DNA from: Promethearchaeota archaeon
GTDB taxonomy: Archaea > Asgardarchaeota > Lokiarchaeia > Sigyniarchaeales > SOKP01
Length of the DNA stretch: 64,000 bases
NCBI GenBank assembly: GCA_048938005.1
Contig: JBHLMQ010000004.1
Location: 98,796-162,795 of the forward strand
Direction of reading: 5' to 3'
The position numbers were made by a program, and so were the translations under genes. Under the pieces are notes generated by a model. That model was not told the DNA's origin, searched no databases, and was given only the letters and a program-made list of their open reading frames with translations. This document shows, piece by piece, positions 30,801 through 38,429 of this stretch. Position 1 is the first letter of the stretch. The number at the start of each line of letters is the position of its first letter.

Positions 30801-31229
30801 GCTAACAAAAGCAAACTGATTATCTGGATTAATATTTAAATCAGAAATTAATTTTTGAATTTCTTGAGCTGGGATTTTTTTAAAGTCAGGATCTCCCATT
30901 TTTTGAATTTTGAAATATGGAGATTGCCCTCTAATAACATATCTTCTTATTTTTATTATTTCTTCTTCAATTTGAATATGAATTTCAACCATAGCATGAT
31001 TTTGTCCAGTTCTAATGAAATTTGACCATTTCTTGTATCGTTCATCTCTTTCATTACTACCTAAAGCAAATTTAATCGCTTGAAATACTGAAGTTTTTCC
31101 ACTCCAATTTGGCCCTACAATAATCACGAACTTAGATTTCCCGAAATCAACTTCATCCTTCTGGAATGATAAAAAATTTTCTAAAATAACTTTCCTAATG
31201 AATACCCTTTTATTTCTCATTGAATTCAT
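27801..31229 (-). CDS. smc: SMC ATPase, Smc5/6-like
   Basis: Walker A GPNWSGKT, Q-loop FVSQGKI, two long coiled coils around a hinge (GPIIDYL...AIESVLG), LSGGQ signature, LLDEP Walker B. Confidence 0.93.
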   Translation of the reverse strand: MNSMRNKRVFIRKVILENFLSFQKDEVDFGKSKFVIIVGPNWSGKTSVFQAIKFALGSNERDERYKKWSNFIRTGQNHAMVEIHIQIEEEIIKIRRYVIRGQSPYFKIQKMGDPDFKKIPAQEIQKLISDLNINPDNQFAFVSQGKIDAIKSLRPTELCSFLEEGIGLRELRDEILQQKSNVLNLNNDLQSLKSRKNTLNISLELLNPKLERLKQKNKLLEIRNKFNDELLWANRDKLEKEIINFEEIIKNVKLVIEGIKKKKDSSDKEITTILNKISHKEKNINELSKQVGELSYKKQDLIAKIQNWQKEKISAKQELDKLSDKIDELKEVIINFEKQKDNLDNEIKIIKRESKNAGLLIDKLITEQDQLIKKIKQNKTLLDNYNKLNLEKEERLAKIQENENSIKAYNNEINQLFQSFKDIEHKLEKNKWFLENPTKDLLTQLDRELKRTSLKVYDIDSEIKQLEIVISKKFKKLKVLQASLRERRVVLPSNITILKDEINKRGLKVKGPIIDYLKYKDQLSYAIESVLGEKLLYSFVARDWDTLNLLKRLKEKYGAYCNIYLPKNVTLKPMLKISASGVLGYLAELIEIINDDIDIKKVIYSKVKNCLVVNDYRSGRELYSTHDFKGKCVTLKGEQIISYKYVYETPYLKRLKGLLSAGTQKEQSDILEAEIKSLNDRISELRVKQSKFDTIQQSIFKKKESFNDLLYNFNQKQRITSKKNQLYDQMHELEKINTAIKNEITELELQIKDLKSQTDPEFFKWSDRIKEIPNELIKLNEEKKKWDTKLSENDDILKQVKDKINKHTYEKDSIQKEFETKKEDFQKADKTAFEVYRQLENVEEELKITENEISDLKEEMLQLQNKKSELERKNIQITIKFEQENIKLNAYNQELELKRNDLARINSEISPLVSEEIFKIRPIEDIKADISEIDKELIKYLDVDDSILIEKDQILVTLNEISKNQKDLEKDVKAAIKTENKMEKTYYEKFSVLLENLQNGVNQKFQDSQIKSYCSLELTSNFEDLGVNIKAATSKEQLKSFSALSGGQVSLISICLILSLQEIKPSSLCLLDEPGMFLDEKNSEVVYQLIKSTLEQNPIQMFMFLPKSSNSLFLLAEKLIGIARVGKNEISSVFRPKIVKKK

Positions 31230-31284
31230 TTTCTTTTATCTCTGATCTTAATCTAGACGCCAAATTACTTCACCCAATAATATA

Positions 31285-32535
31285 TCATTTACCAAATGCT
31301 TGTTTTATAAGATCTACTCGTTTTTTAGCCTTTTCTAAGTTTATTTGTGCCCTATTTGGAGGATCATTTAGGATGAATGGAAATTCAGCTAACATTTTCA
31401 TCTCATTTTCTTCTAAGGGTTCTTTTTTAGCTAATTTATCAATAATAAGTGTTAGTTCAGTATAATTCTTAGAAGCAGCATTCTCATATAATTGATTTAA
31501 CATAAAATCGGAAATTCGCGATTCACGAATTCCATTAACAATGCCAGTGATATCTTTGAGATTGCCAAATTCCTTAATCTCTTGAGGTGGAATTACTGTT
31601 TTATCTTGATAATATTCTTCATTTACTTCGATTTTAGAGTTTTCTTCTGAAACAAGAGGGATATTGTTTGGTATATATTCACCGGATATAATTAGATCAA
31701 TTAAAATATCCGTAATTTCATTACTTGTTTCATTCAATTCAGAGTTTAAAAAAAGTTTGAATATCCCAACTTTCAGTAATTGAATAATGTCTTTTACTTC
31801 CCAATTTTCAGTATAATTTACAATATCATTAATATCAAATACAATCTTGTTATTTTTTTCCAAAAAATCTTTTAATACTGTTTCTCGCTCGATCTTTTCC
31901 AATAAAGGGATTTTTATAAAAAGATCAAATGTGTTATACATTTTGTTCGATACAGTTGTTACATCTTGAATTTCATAATTTATCCATACCAAAATTAAAT
32001 TAGAATCAATAAATTTAAAATCAAAACTCTCTTCTTGACGTGCATTTAAAAAAATTTCTAATAAGTTTTTTTCTTCAAATGTTTGCTTGAAAGATGTTTG
32101 TTGATTAATTAACAATAATTTTTTTTCATTAGTTTTATCTGGTCTCATTGTCTCAGTTTCTACTTCACTTTCTTCTTCTTTTTTTTTTCCTATAGCCTGT
32201 AAAATAGGAATAAAACTTTTTAAAAATTTATTTGGAACTCTAAGAATTTCATTACTGTTAAATTCAATTAGATCTAAGTAATAATTTTGTGTTATTAGTT
32301 TAATATAATCTATTATATCTGTTCCGGGATTTACATTAATTAAAATGGCTCCTTTCGGTTCTACATAGCCATTTAAAATAGTATCCTTATGATTGGTTAA
32401 CATCACCTTGAGAAAGTTAATAATATCATTATATTTATCTCGATAGAAAATTTCCTCTTTATGAATATTAATTTCTGAAGGTTTAATTATCGTAAAATAT
32501 CGTGAAAATTCCGGAATATCGTTTAAATCTTTCAT
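31285..32535 (-). CDS. Degenerate (probably inactive) AAA+ ATPase-like protein
   Basis: EPKGAILINVNPGTD (eroded Walker A), LLLINQ (eroded Walker B), FDLFIKIPLLEKIERETVLK and TENWEVKDI lid motifs. Confidence 0.65.
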   Translation of the reverse strand: MKDLNDIPEFSRYFTIIKPSEINIHKEEIFYRDKYNDIINFLKVMLTNHKDTILNGYVEPKGAILINVNPGTDIIDYIKLITQNYYLDLIEFNSNEILRVPNKFLKSFIPILQAIGKKKEEESEVETETMRPDKTNEKKLLLINQQTSFKQTFEEKNLLEIFLNARQEESFDFKFIDSNLILVWINYEIQDVTTVSNKMYNTFDLFIKIPLLEKIERETVLKDFLEKNNKIVFDINDIVNYTENWEVKDIIQLLKVGIFKLFLNSELNETSNEITDILIDLIISGEYIPNNIPLVSEENSKIEVNEEYYQDKTVIPPQEIKEFGNLKDITGIVNGIRESRISDFMLNQLYENAASKNYTELTLIIDKLAKKEPLEENEMKMLAEFPFILNDPPNRAQINLEKAKKRVDLIKQAFGK

Positions 32536-32802
32536 TGAAAATTTTCCTTAATTTCTTTGGTAATTTTATGAACATAATTTACATGACTTTTAACACATAT
32601 ATATTTAGCGGTACTCATAGTTAGCGATATCTAGATCCCCGACAAAAACCGTAAAATTTATAAAATTGCATTTTGGAAGAGGAATTTGAAAAAAAAATTA
32701 TATAATGATGGATGATTCATGTATGAGTTCAATAAAGTAAAAAATTCCTTTTGGTAAAGTTTCAACAACCCATCCGTTGTATTTTTGTAATTTAAAAAAT
32801 AA

Positions 32803-33252
32803 TTAAATTCGATTCAGAATAAAGGACGGTAATTTACCTTCATCAACTAAAGTTCTAATCAAATTGGGCATACTATTCCACTGCTGAATAGATAAGTTGA
32901 ATTCTTCAGGTGTAATATCTTTAAATTGGGAGGATCTATAAGTTAACATTGCTAAGGAAGATCCTATAAGGTGTTTCACATTATCACATGGAAAATCATC
33001 ACATTGAGCACAACTTTCCAAACTTTTTTCTCGTGCACACGGTCGGGCTTTGCAGTTCTTATCAGCAATTTTATCCCCTTTACTCTTACATCCATCACAA
33101 GCCACATTCTCTGCAGTATAATTTTCATGACCAAGATATTTCCGCCACGCATTAACCATTTTTTGTCGAAGAGTAATATCATCTGATCGAGCAGCACATA
33201 AATAACAATTATAACCACAATAACCAATCATTTTATCTTCAATTTTAGTCAT
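32803..33252 (-). CDS. DUF3795-like Cys-rich protein
   Basis: IGYCGYNCYLC, CDGC, C...C, CAQCDDFPC. Confidence 0.85.
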   Translation of the reverse strand: MTKIEDKMIGYCGYNCYLCAARSDDITLRQKMVNAWRKYLGHENYTAENVACDGCKSKGDKIADKNCKARPCAREKSLESCAQCDDFPCDNVKHLIGSSLAMLTYRSSQFKDITPEEFNLSIQQWNSMPNLIRTLVDEGKLPSFILNRI

Positions 33253-33433
33253 AAAATAACACCTTTGAACATGAATTATTATTACTTTATATATATTTTT
33301 AACTTACAGGGAAATATTCTTTATACTTTTACATTTGTTTTTTCAATTTTAAAATTATTTTCACAATAATTTTAGTTTACTATCAAAAAAGGCAGATTGA
33401 TTTTTCAAACTTAATAATTATAAATTATTAATT

Positions 33434-33853
33434 TTAAGGAATTGGTACTTTTAGACCTAATTCTTGATATAATAAATTTAGATATAATTCAAAATGCTCT
33501 TTAACAATATCATAATGAGTGAATTTACCTTTTTTAAAACTTCTTATAAGTCCAACACTTTCAAGAATTCGAAGATGATGTGATATAGATGGTTGTGATT
33601 TATCTAAGATTGCTTCTAGTTCACAGACGCAATGATCATTACTTTTTAATGCAGTAACTATTTTTAAACGTTCCTTATTTCCAAGTGCATAACAAAATTC
33701 CGATATTTTTTTAAACTTGTCATAATCCTCTAACTTTTTTCCAAAATTTTGTAAATCCCGGAAGTAGGTCTTAACATCAACTTTATTCATATCAATACAG
33801 CTTTCGAGGGAATCTATTATCTCAAGAGTACGTTTTTTATTAATAATATTCAC
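33434..33853 (-). CDS. arsR: ArsR/SmtB family regulator
   Basis: HCVCELEAIL..SQPSISHHLRIL; divergent from acr3. Confidence 0.9.
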   Translation of the reverse strand: MNIINKKRTLEIIDSLESCIDMNKVDVKTYFRDLQNFGKKLEDYDKFKKISEFCYALGNKERLKIVTALKSNDHCVCELEAILDKSQPSISHHLRILESVGLIRSFKKGKFTHYDIVKEHFELYLNLLYQELGLKVPIP

Positions 33854-33962
33854 CCAGATTCTTAATACTATTTAAAAATTTATAATTTATTTACTTATTA
33901 AGCAATATATATTTATATTAATATAAATAATTTGTTAAACTTTTTAAATCCAAATATTTTTA

Positions 33963-33989
33963 TTTGATGTATTTCATAAATATCTCAAA
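33963..33989. promoter_or_regulatory. Imperfect inverted repeat, candidate ArsR operator
   Basis: TTTGATGTATTT-CAT-AAATATCTCAAA (10/12 arm match) between arsR and acr3. Confidence 0.55.
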
Positions 33990-34050
33990 CGGTACAAATA
34001 AAAATTAGACTTTTTATAACGAGAATAAACATAAAATTTTGTGAAGACAG

Positions 34051-35106
34051 ATGAGCATTTCAGAAGCAGAAGAAATATCAATAACTAATGATAAGGAATC
34101 TAAAAAACTCGGCTTTTTTGAAAAATACCTCACTTTATGGGTTGGATTATGTATTTTTATTGGAATTCTTTTTTCCATATATATCCCAGGTATCAGCCAA
34201 GCTATTAATTCATTTAGTATAGGTCAGATTTCAATACCCATTGGCATTTGCTTATTTTTAATGATGTACCCTGCTATGCTAAATTTACAAGTCTCTGAGT
34301 TAAAAAAATTAGGTAAAAATCCTAAACCCATAATTTTAACGATCATATCTAATTGGTTGATTGCTCCATTTGTAGGTTTACTTATGGCAAGGATCTTTTT
34401 ACAGGGTAATGAACAATTAATAGTTGCCATTATATTATTAAGCTCAAGTCCATGCACTGCTATGGTCTTAGTCTGGGGTTGGATGGCAAAAGGAAACCAA
34501 GAGCAAAATGTGGTAAATACAAGCCTTAATACAATAACAATAATATTTGGTTATGCTCCTATGGTTACATTATTAACAGGTATTCAAAGCATTCCCGTTA
34601 ACTGGTTTATTTTACTTATATCCACATTTATATTTATTGGACTTCCATTGTTGCTTGGAATTATTAGTAAAAGACTATTAATATCTGCTAAAGGTGAAAA
34701 TTGGTTTAACAACACATATCGACCTATAGTTGGAAAAATATCGATTGTTGCACTCCTAACAACGTTGGTAGTCCTGTTCTCTATGAATGGAGAAGTATTG
34801 ATTCAAAATCCTGATTTATTATTATTGGTATCAATTCCTCTATTAATTGGGTTCGTAATAGTAGTTGGTTATAATATTTTGATTACAAAACTAACCAAAT
34901 TGAAATATAGAGAAGCAATAATTACAGTAATCATTGGTTCCTCCAGTCATTTCGAAATTGCTATTGCTACTGCTATTGCGATATATGGAATAGGATCTGT
35001 TGCAGCCTTGGGCACTACAATGGGATTATTCTGGGAGGTTCCAGTTATGCTTTCAATTGTTTATCTAGGCAAGTTTTTAAGAAAAAGAGGTTTTTGGAAA
35101 TCTTAA
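34051..35106 (+). CDS. acr3: Acr3 arsenite efflux transporter
   Basis: FFEKYLTLWV, MMYP, NWLIAP, PCTAMVLVW, FEIAIATAI, EVPVML. Confidence 0.95.
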   Translation: MSISEAEEISITNDKESKKLGFFEKYLTLWVGLCIFIGILFSIYIPGISQAINSFSIGQISIPIGICLFLMMYPAMLNLQVSELKKLGKNPKPIILTIISNWLIAPFVGLLMARIFLQGNEQLIVAIILLSSSPCTAMVLVWGWMAKGNQEQNVVNTSLNTITIIFGYAPMVTLLTGIQSIPVNWFILLISTFIFIGLPLLLGIISKRLLISAKGENWFNNTYRPIVGKISIVALLTTLVVLFSMNGEVLIQNPDLLLLVSIPLLIGFVIVVGYNILITKLTKLKYREAIITVIIGSSSHFEIAIATAIAIYGIGSVAALGTTMGLFWEVPVMLSIVYLGKFLRKRGFWKS

Positions 35107-35183
35107 TATATTTAATTTTGAAATTGATTATTAATTAAAGAATAGAAATCTTGAAAAATCAAAAACAATTTTACTGATTTGCT

Positions 35184-35357
35184 ATGAATGAAGCAGAAAT
35201 GGACGAACAAATTACTAAGATAATAAAAGAAACTATTGGACAAATTTCTCATTCGAGTTGCAATCACTCAGAATCACATTGTAATAAGGATAGTCCAGAT
35301 TGGAAACCAAAACGTATTCATTGTGGTACCGATAGATGCAAAGGACTTCATTTATAG
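35184..35357 (+). CDS. Small Cys/His-rich protein (57 aa)
   Basis: MNEAEMDEQITKIIKETIGQISHSSCNHSESHCNKDSPDWKPKRIHCGTDRCKGLHL; co-oriented between acr3 and the next gene. Confidence 0.55.
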   Translation: MNEAEMDEQITKIIKETIGQISHSSCNHSESHCNKDSPDWKPKRIHCGTDRCKGLHL

Positions 35358-35376
35358 ATTAATATACTTCTAAGGT

Positions 35377-35667
35377 GTGATAAAGATTAGTGATGAAAAA
35401 GATTCAGAAAAACTAAAAGTGGATATCTATGTTCCATTAAATGTATGTGCTTGTGAATGGGATAAATTTATAAATCGTGTATTTGTAGAGCTTACACCAT
35501 TTATAAAATATATTGAGCACGAAACAAAAGATTTAAATTCAGTAGAAGCAAGGAGCCTTAATATACGTAATAAATGTATAGTAATTAATGGTGAAAAAAA
35601 GATTTCCTCACCTATTATGCTTAGGAAGGAAATGCCAAAACTCATTAAAGCTAAAGGATTTATTTAG
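35377..35667 (+). CDS. Small thioredoxin-fold/ArsD-like protein with CxC
   Basis: VDIYVPLNVCACEW after the first strand; late CIVINGEK strand. Confidence 0.55.
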   Translation: MIKISDEKDSEKLKVDIYVPLNVCACEWDKFINRVFVELTPFIKYIEHETKDLNSVEARSLNIRNKCIVINGEKKISSPIMLRKEMPKLIKAKGFI

Positions 35668-35701
35668 ACTTTAGAAATTTTATCTTTTTAATTATTGTGG
35701 G

Positions 35702-36178
35702 GTGATTATTAAAATTAAACAAATAAATCTAACAATTTTTGCTCCTGATCCTGAACGAAGACTAACAAATGGGCTAGAATTTAAAGTGAATATAGGAAAT
35801 GATGGCACTATTGTTGATGCAATAAGTGCTTTGGATGAACAAGTTTATAAGCATCCTGAAAAAACTATTTTTCCAATATATAAAGGCTTAATCCATAGTT
35901 ATCTCCAGCTAATTTGGGATGTGGAAGAAAATATGATTTATGAAGATTGTGCTGTGAATGCTTATGGTCCAAATAAAGAATTTATGCCACTACAAGAGGA
36001 TATAAATTTCAACCTATATCCTAATAGCGATATAACAATTGTGGTTCATGCTGATTGATGAGCTGATGTTATGAAAGAACGTTTAGATTATGGTACATTC
36101 AAAAGGGCTATTATGAAAACTTATGGAAAAGATCATGAAACATTTGCCCACTATTTTAAAATTAAAAGAACTAATTAA
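35702..36178 (+). CDS. Candidate selenoprotein: beta-grasp-like domain plus Sec-Sec (TGA TGA at 36056-36061) and 38-aa tail, 158 aa
   Basis: ...VVHAD-TGA-TGA-ADVMKERLDYGTFKRAIMKTYGKDHETFAHYFKIKRTN-TAA in frame; SECIS-like hairpin immediately downstream. Confidence 0.72.
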
Positions 36179-36180
36179 CA

Positions 36181-36226
36181 TTTTGAATGAAATCTTTCAA
36201 AAAATACTAGTGAAAGGTTGACAATA
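36181..36226 (+). promoter_or_regulatory. Eukaryote-type SECIS element
   Basis: ATGA(36187-90) AATCTTTCA [AAAAATACTAG] TGAAAGGTT GA(36220-21): tandem GA core, 9-bp stem with one G-U, A-rich loop. Confidence 0.75.
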
Positions 36227-36275
36227 GGAAGGCCTCCTATAAAAAATAATGGGAAACATAGATTGGTAGTAATAT

Positions 36276-36866
36276 ATGCTGGAAAAAGAAATTGTTTCAA
36301 TTGTCAGAAATTTTGCATGTGAAAACTCTGAAAAAGATGACATTCATGGTTTCTTACATGTTGAGCGTGTCTTTAATTTATGTCTTCATCTAGGAAAAAA
36401 ATTAGGTGCAAATCTGCTCATACTCAAAATCGCGGCATTACTTCATGATATTGGAAGGAGTAATAAGAATAAAAAACAATCTAATAAGAATCATGCTGAA
36501 TTATCTGCTGAGCTGGCTTCGGAATTCTTAAAATCTAATGATTTTAAACTTTCTCAAGATGTTTATAATAATATTATTCATTCTATAAAAGCACATTCTT
36601 TCTCTAATAATATATCTCCAAAAACTCTTGAAGCTAAAATCTTATCTGATGCAGATAAATTAGATGCCCTTGGAGCCATTGGCTTATATAGAACTATAGG
36701 ATTTACAGTAAAAAATCAAGGAGGAATTGATCAGGTCATTAAGCATCTAGAAAATAAAATCATGAAATTAAAGGATTTATTATTTTTAGATATTAGTTTA
36801 AACATAGCCGAAAAAAGACAGCAAATAATCCTTGATTTCTATAATAAGATAAAAAGAGAGAAATAA
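36276..36866 (+). CDS. HD-domain phosphohydrolase
   Basis: HGFLHVERV, LLHDIG, DADKLDALGAIG. Confidence 0.9.
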   Translation: MLEKEIVSIVRNFACENSEKDDIHGFLHVERVFNLCLHLGKKLGANLLILKIAALLHDIGRSNKNKKQSNKNHAELSAELASEFLKSNDFKLSQDVYNNIIHSIKAHSFSNNISPKTLEAKILSDADKLDALGAIGLYRTIGFTVKNQGGIDQVIKHLENKIMKLKDLLFLDISLNIAEKRQQIILDFYNKIKREK

Positions 36867-36887
36867 ATTGTTTATAAATAATAAGAA

Positions 36888-37355
36888 ATGCCTCAGTTAG
36901 TAAAGGGAGGAAAGTATATATTTGGTTGGTCCAAAGTAGGAAAAAAAGGTAAAATTAAAATTCCTCCAGAAGCCTATGAAGAGTATAATTTAAAACTGGA
37001 TAAATACGCCATTATATTTTCAGGTAGCAAAACTTCAGGTGGATTTGGATTAAGTTCTGTAAGGATTTTAAAAAAATCGATTCTGAAAGAATTAATAGAA
37101 AAAAATACTTCCCTTGCTAATTATAAGATACATGAAGGAGAGATTATCGAATTTAAAAATAGAAAGTACAGTTGGCTAACAATCCAAGAAGATAAGAGCA
37201 TAATTCTACTAGAAAGCACTTTAAAAGCTTTTGGAATTAATAAAAACGATAATTTGCTTGCTGGAAGAGGTAGCCAATTTGCAATCGGATTTATTGCAAA
37301 AGGACCGATATTTAAAGAGGCAAAAAAACATCCTGAAATTGAAATTTTTGAATAG
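36888..37355 (+). CDS. Tandem AbrB/MazE-like swapped-hairpin protein
   Basis: FGWSKVGKKGKIKIPPEA; paralogous to the next gene. Confidence 0.65.
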   Translation: MPQLVKGGKYIFGWSKVGKKGKIKIPPEAYEEYNLKLDKYAIIFSGSKTSGGFGLSSVRILKKSILKELIEKNTSLANYKIHEGEIIEFKNRKYSWLTIQEDKSIILLESTLKAFGINKNDNLLAGRGSQFAIGFIAKGPIFKEAKKHPEIEIFE

Positions 37356-37387
37356 TAATATTCAATACATTTAAATAGTATGATTCG

Positions 37388-37439
37388 TATGATCATATTA
37401 ATATGATCATACTAGTATGATCATATCAATATGAATTCA
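37388..37439. repeat. 14-bp period array of palindrome TATGATCATA, candidate AbrB operator
   Basis: TATGATCATA-ttaa-TATGATCATA-ctag-TATGATCATA-tcaa-TATGAATTCA. Confidence 0.85.
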
Positions 37440-37444
37440 AAAAG

Positions 37445-37903
37445 GTGATGAAAATAACTGAATTTCCTAGTAAAAAAGGAAAATACTTTTTTGGCTCAGT
37501 AAAGGTTGGTGAACGAGGTCAAATTGTTATACCGCTTAAAGCAAGAGAAATCTTCGGAATTGAAGCTAAAGATGATGTGTATATTGCTGGTGAATTAAAT
37601 AAGGGATTAGGTTTAGCTAAAAGTTTGGATATCGATATAAAAAAGCTAGAAAAACATGAATATTATTTTGGTACTGCTAAAGTTGGTGAGCGAGGACAGA
37701 TTGTTATTCCACAAGAAGCTCGAGAAACCTTTAAAATAAACTCTGGAGATTTAATACTAGTATTTGGAGATATTAAAAAAGGAATTGCCTTTATGAAAGC
37801 AACAAAATTGAAAAATTTTGCTATAAAGCTATTTCAAGCATTTTTAGGAGGTTCCGAGGATATTCAGGAAAACAATAGAGGTGATTTAAATGAAGAAGAA
37901 TAA
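37445..37903 (+). CDS. Double AbrB/MazE/SpoVT-domain regulator
   Basis: KVGERGQIVIP..ARE.F occurs twice. Confidence 0.9.
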   Translation: MMKITEFPSKKGKYFFGSVKVGERGQIVIPLKAREIFGIEAKDDVYIAGELNKGLGLAKSLDIDIKKLEKHEYYFGTAKVGERGQIVIPQEARETFKINSGDLILVFGDIKKGIAFMKATKLKNFAIKLFQAFLGGSEDIQENNRGDLNEEE

Positions 37904-38423
37904 AAAACAATCAAATATTGATTTTAGATTTATGTCATTTTTCTTTAAAATTCGTGATATATTTCACCCTCCTATAGAAAAAATCAGAAAAGCCAAAATT
38001 AGACAGGGAGATATGATTTTAGATTATGGGTGCGGTTCAGGGAGCTATACAATTGCAGCTGCTGAGGAGATAAGGCCAACTGGAAAAGTCTTTGCTGCGG
38101 ATATTCATCCTTTAGCACTTAAAAAGGTGAGCAAAAAAGCAGAAAAGAGTGGTTATATTAATATTGAGACAATTCAGACAGATTGCGCCACTGGATTAAA
38201 TAACGAAAGCATTGATGTTGTGATTTGTTTTGATGTAATTCATGATATAGCTAATAAATATGATATAATAAAGGAATTTCATCGAGTTTTAAAACCTAAT
38301 TCAACACTCTCATTTGATGATCATCATTTGAAAGAAAATGAAATTATTGATTTAATAACTTCTGAAGGGCTATTCAAATTATCTGAAAAGAAGGATAAAC
38401 AATTCAATTTTATTAAAATATAA
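37890..38423 (+). CDS. Class I SAM methyltransferase
   Basis: ILDYGCGSG, RVLKP. Confidence 0.88.
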   Translation: MKKNKKQSNIDFRFMSFFFKIRDIFHPPIEKIRKAKIRQGDMILDYGCGSGSYTIAAAEEIRPTGKVFAADIHPLALKKVSKKAEKSGYINIETIQTDCATGLNNESIDVVICFDVIHDIANKYDIIKEFHRVLKPNSTLSFDDHHLKENEIIDLITSEGLFKLSEKKDKQFNFIKI

Positions 38424-38429
38424 GTATTT

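Noticed and set aside
26608-32535. Wadjet (JetABCD)/MksBEFG defence system
   Set aside because: No Toprim/JetD nuclease is present, the gene order differs, and the SMC and kleisin look Smc/Smc5-6-like rather than MukB/JetC-like.
32698-32790. Short coding-like stretch on the minus strand (YNGWVVETLPKGIFYFIELIHESSIII)
   Set aside because: No convincing start and under 30 codons; possibly a gene remnant, but unsupported.
36056-36061. Simple double stop codon or nonsense pseudogene
   Set aside because: Not fully excluded, but disfavoured: most genes here end in TAA, the frame stays open for 38 codons in AT-rich DNA, and a SECIS-like hairpin follows the later TAA.
37388-37439. Possible mini-CRISPR
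   Set aside because: 10-bp repeats with 4-bp spacers are far too short, and there are no cas genes; better explained as an operator.
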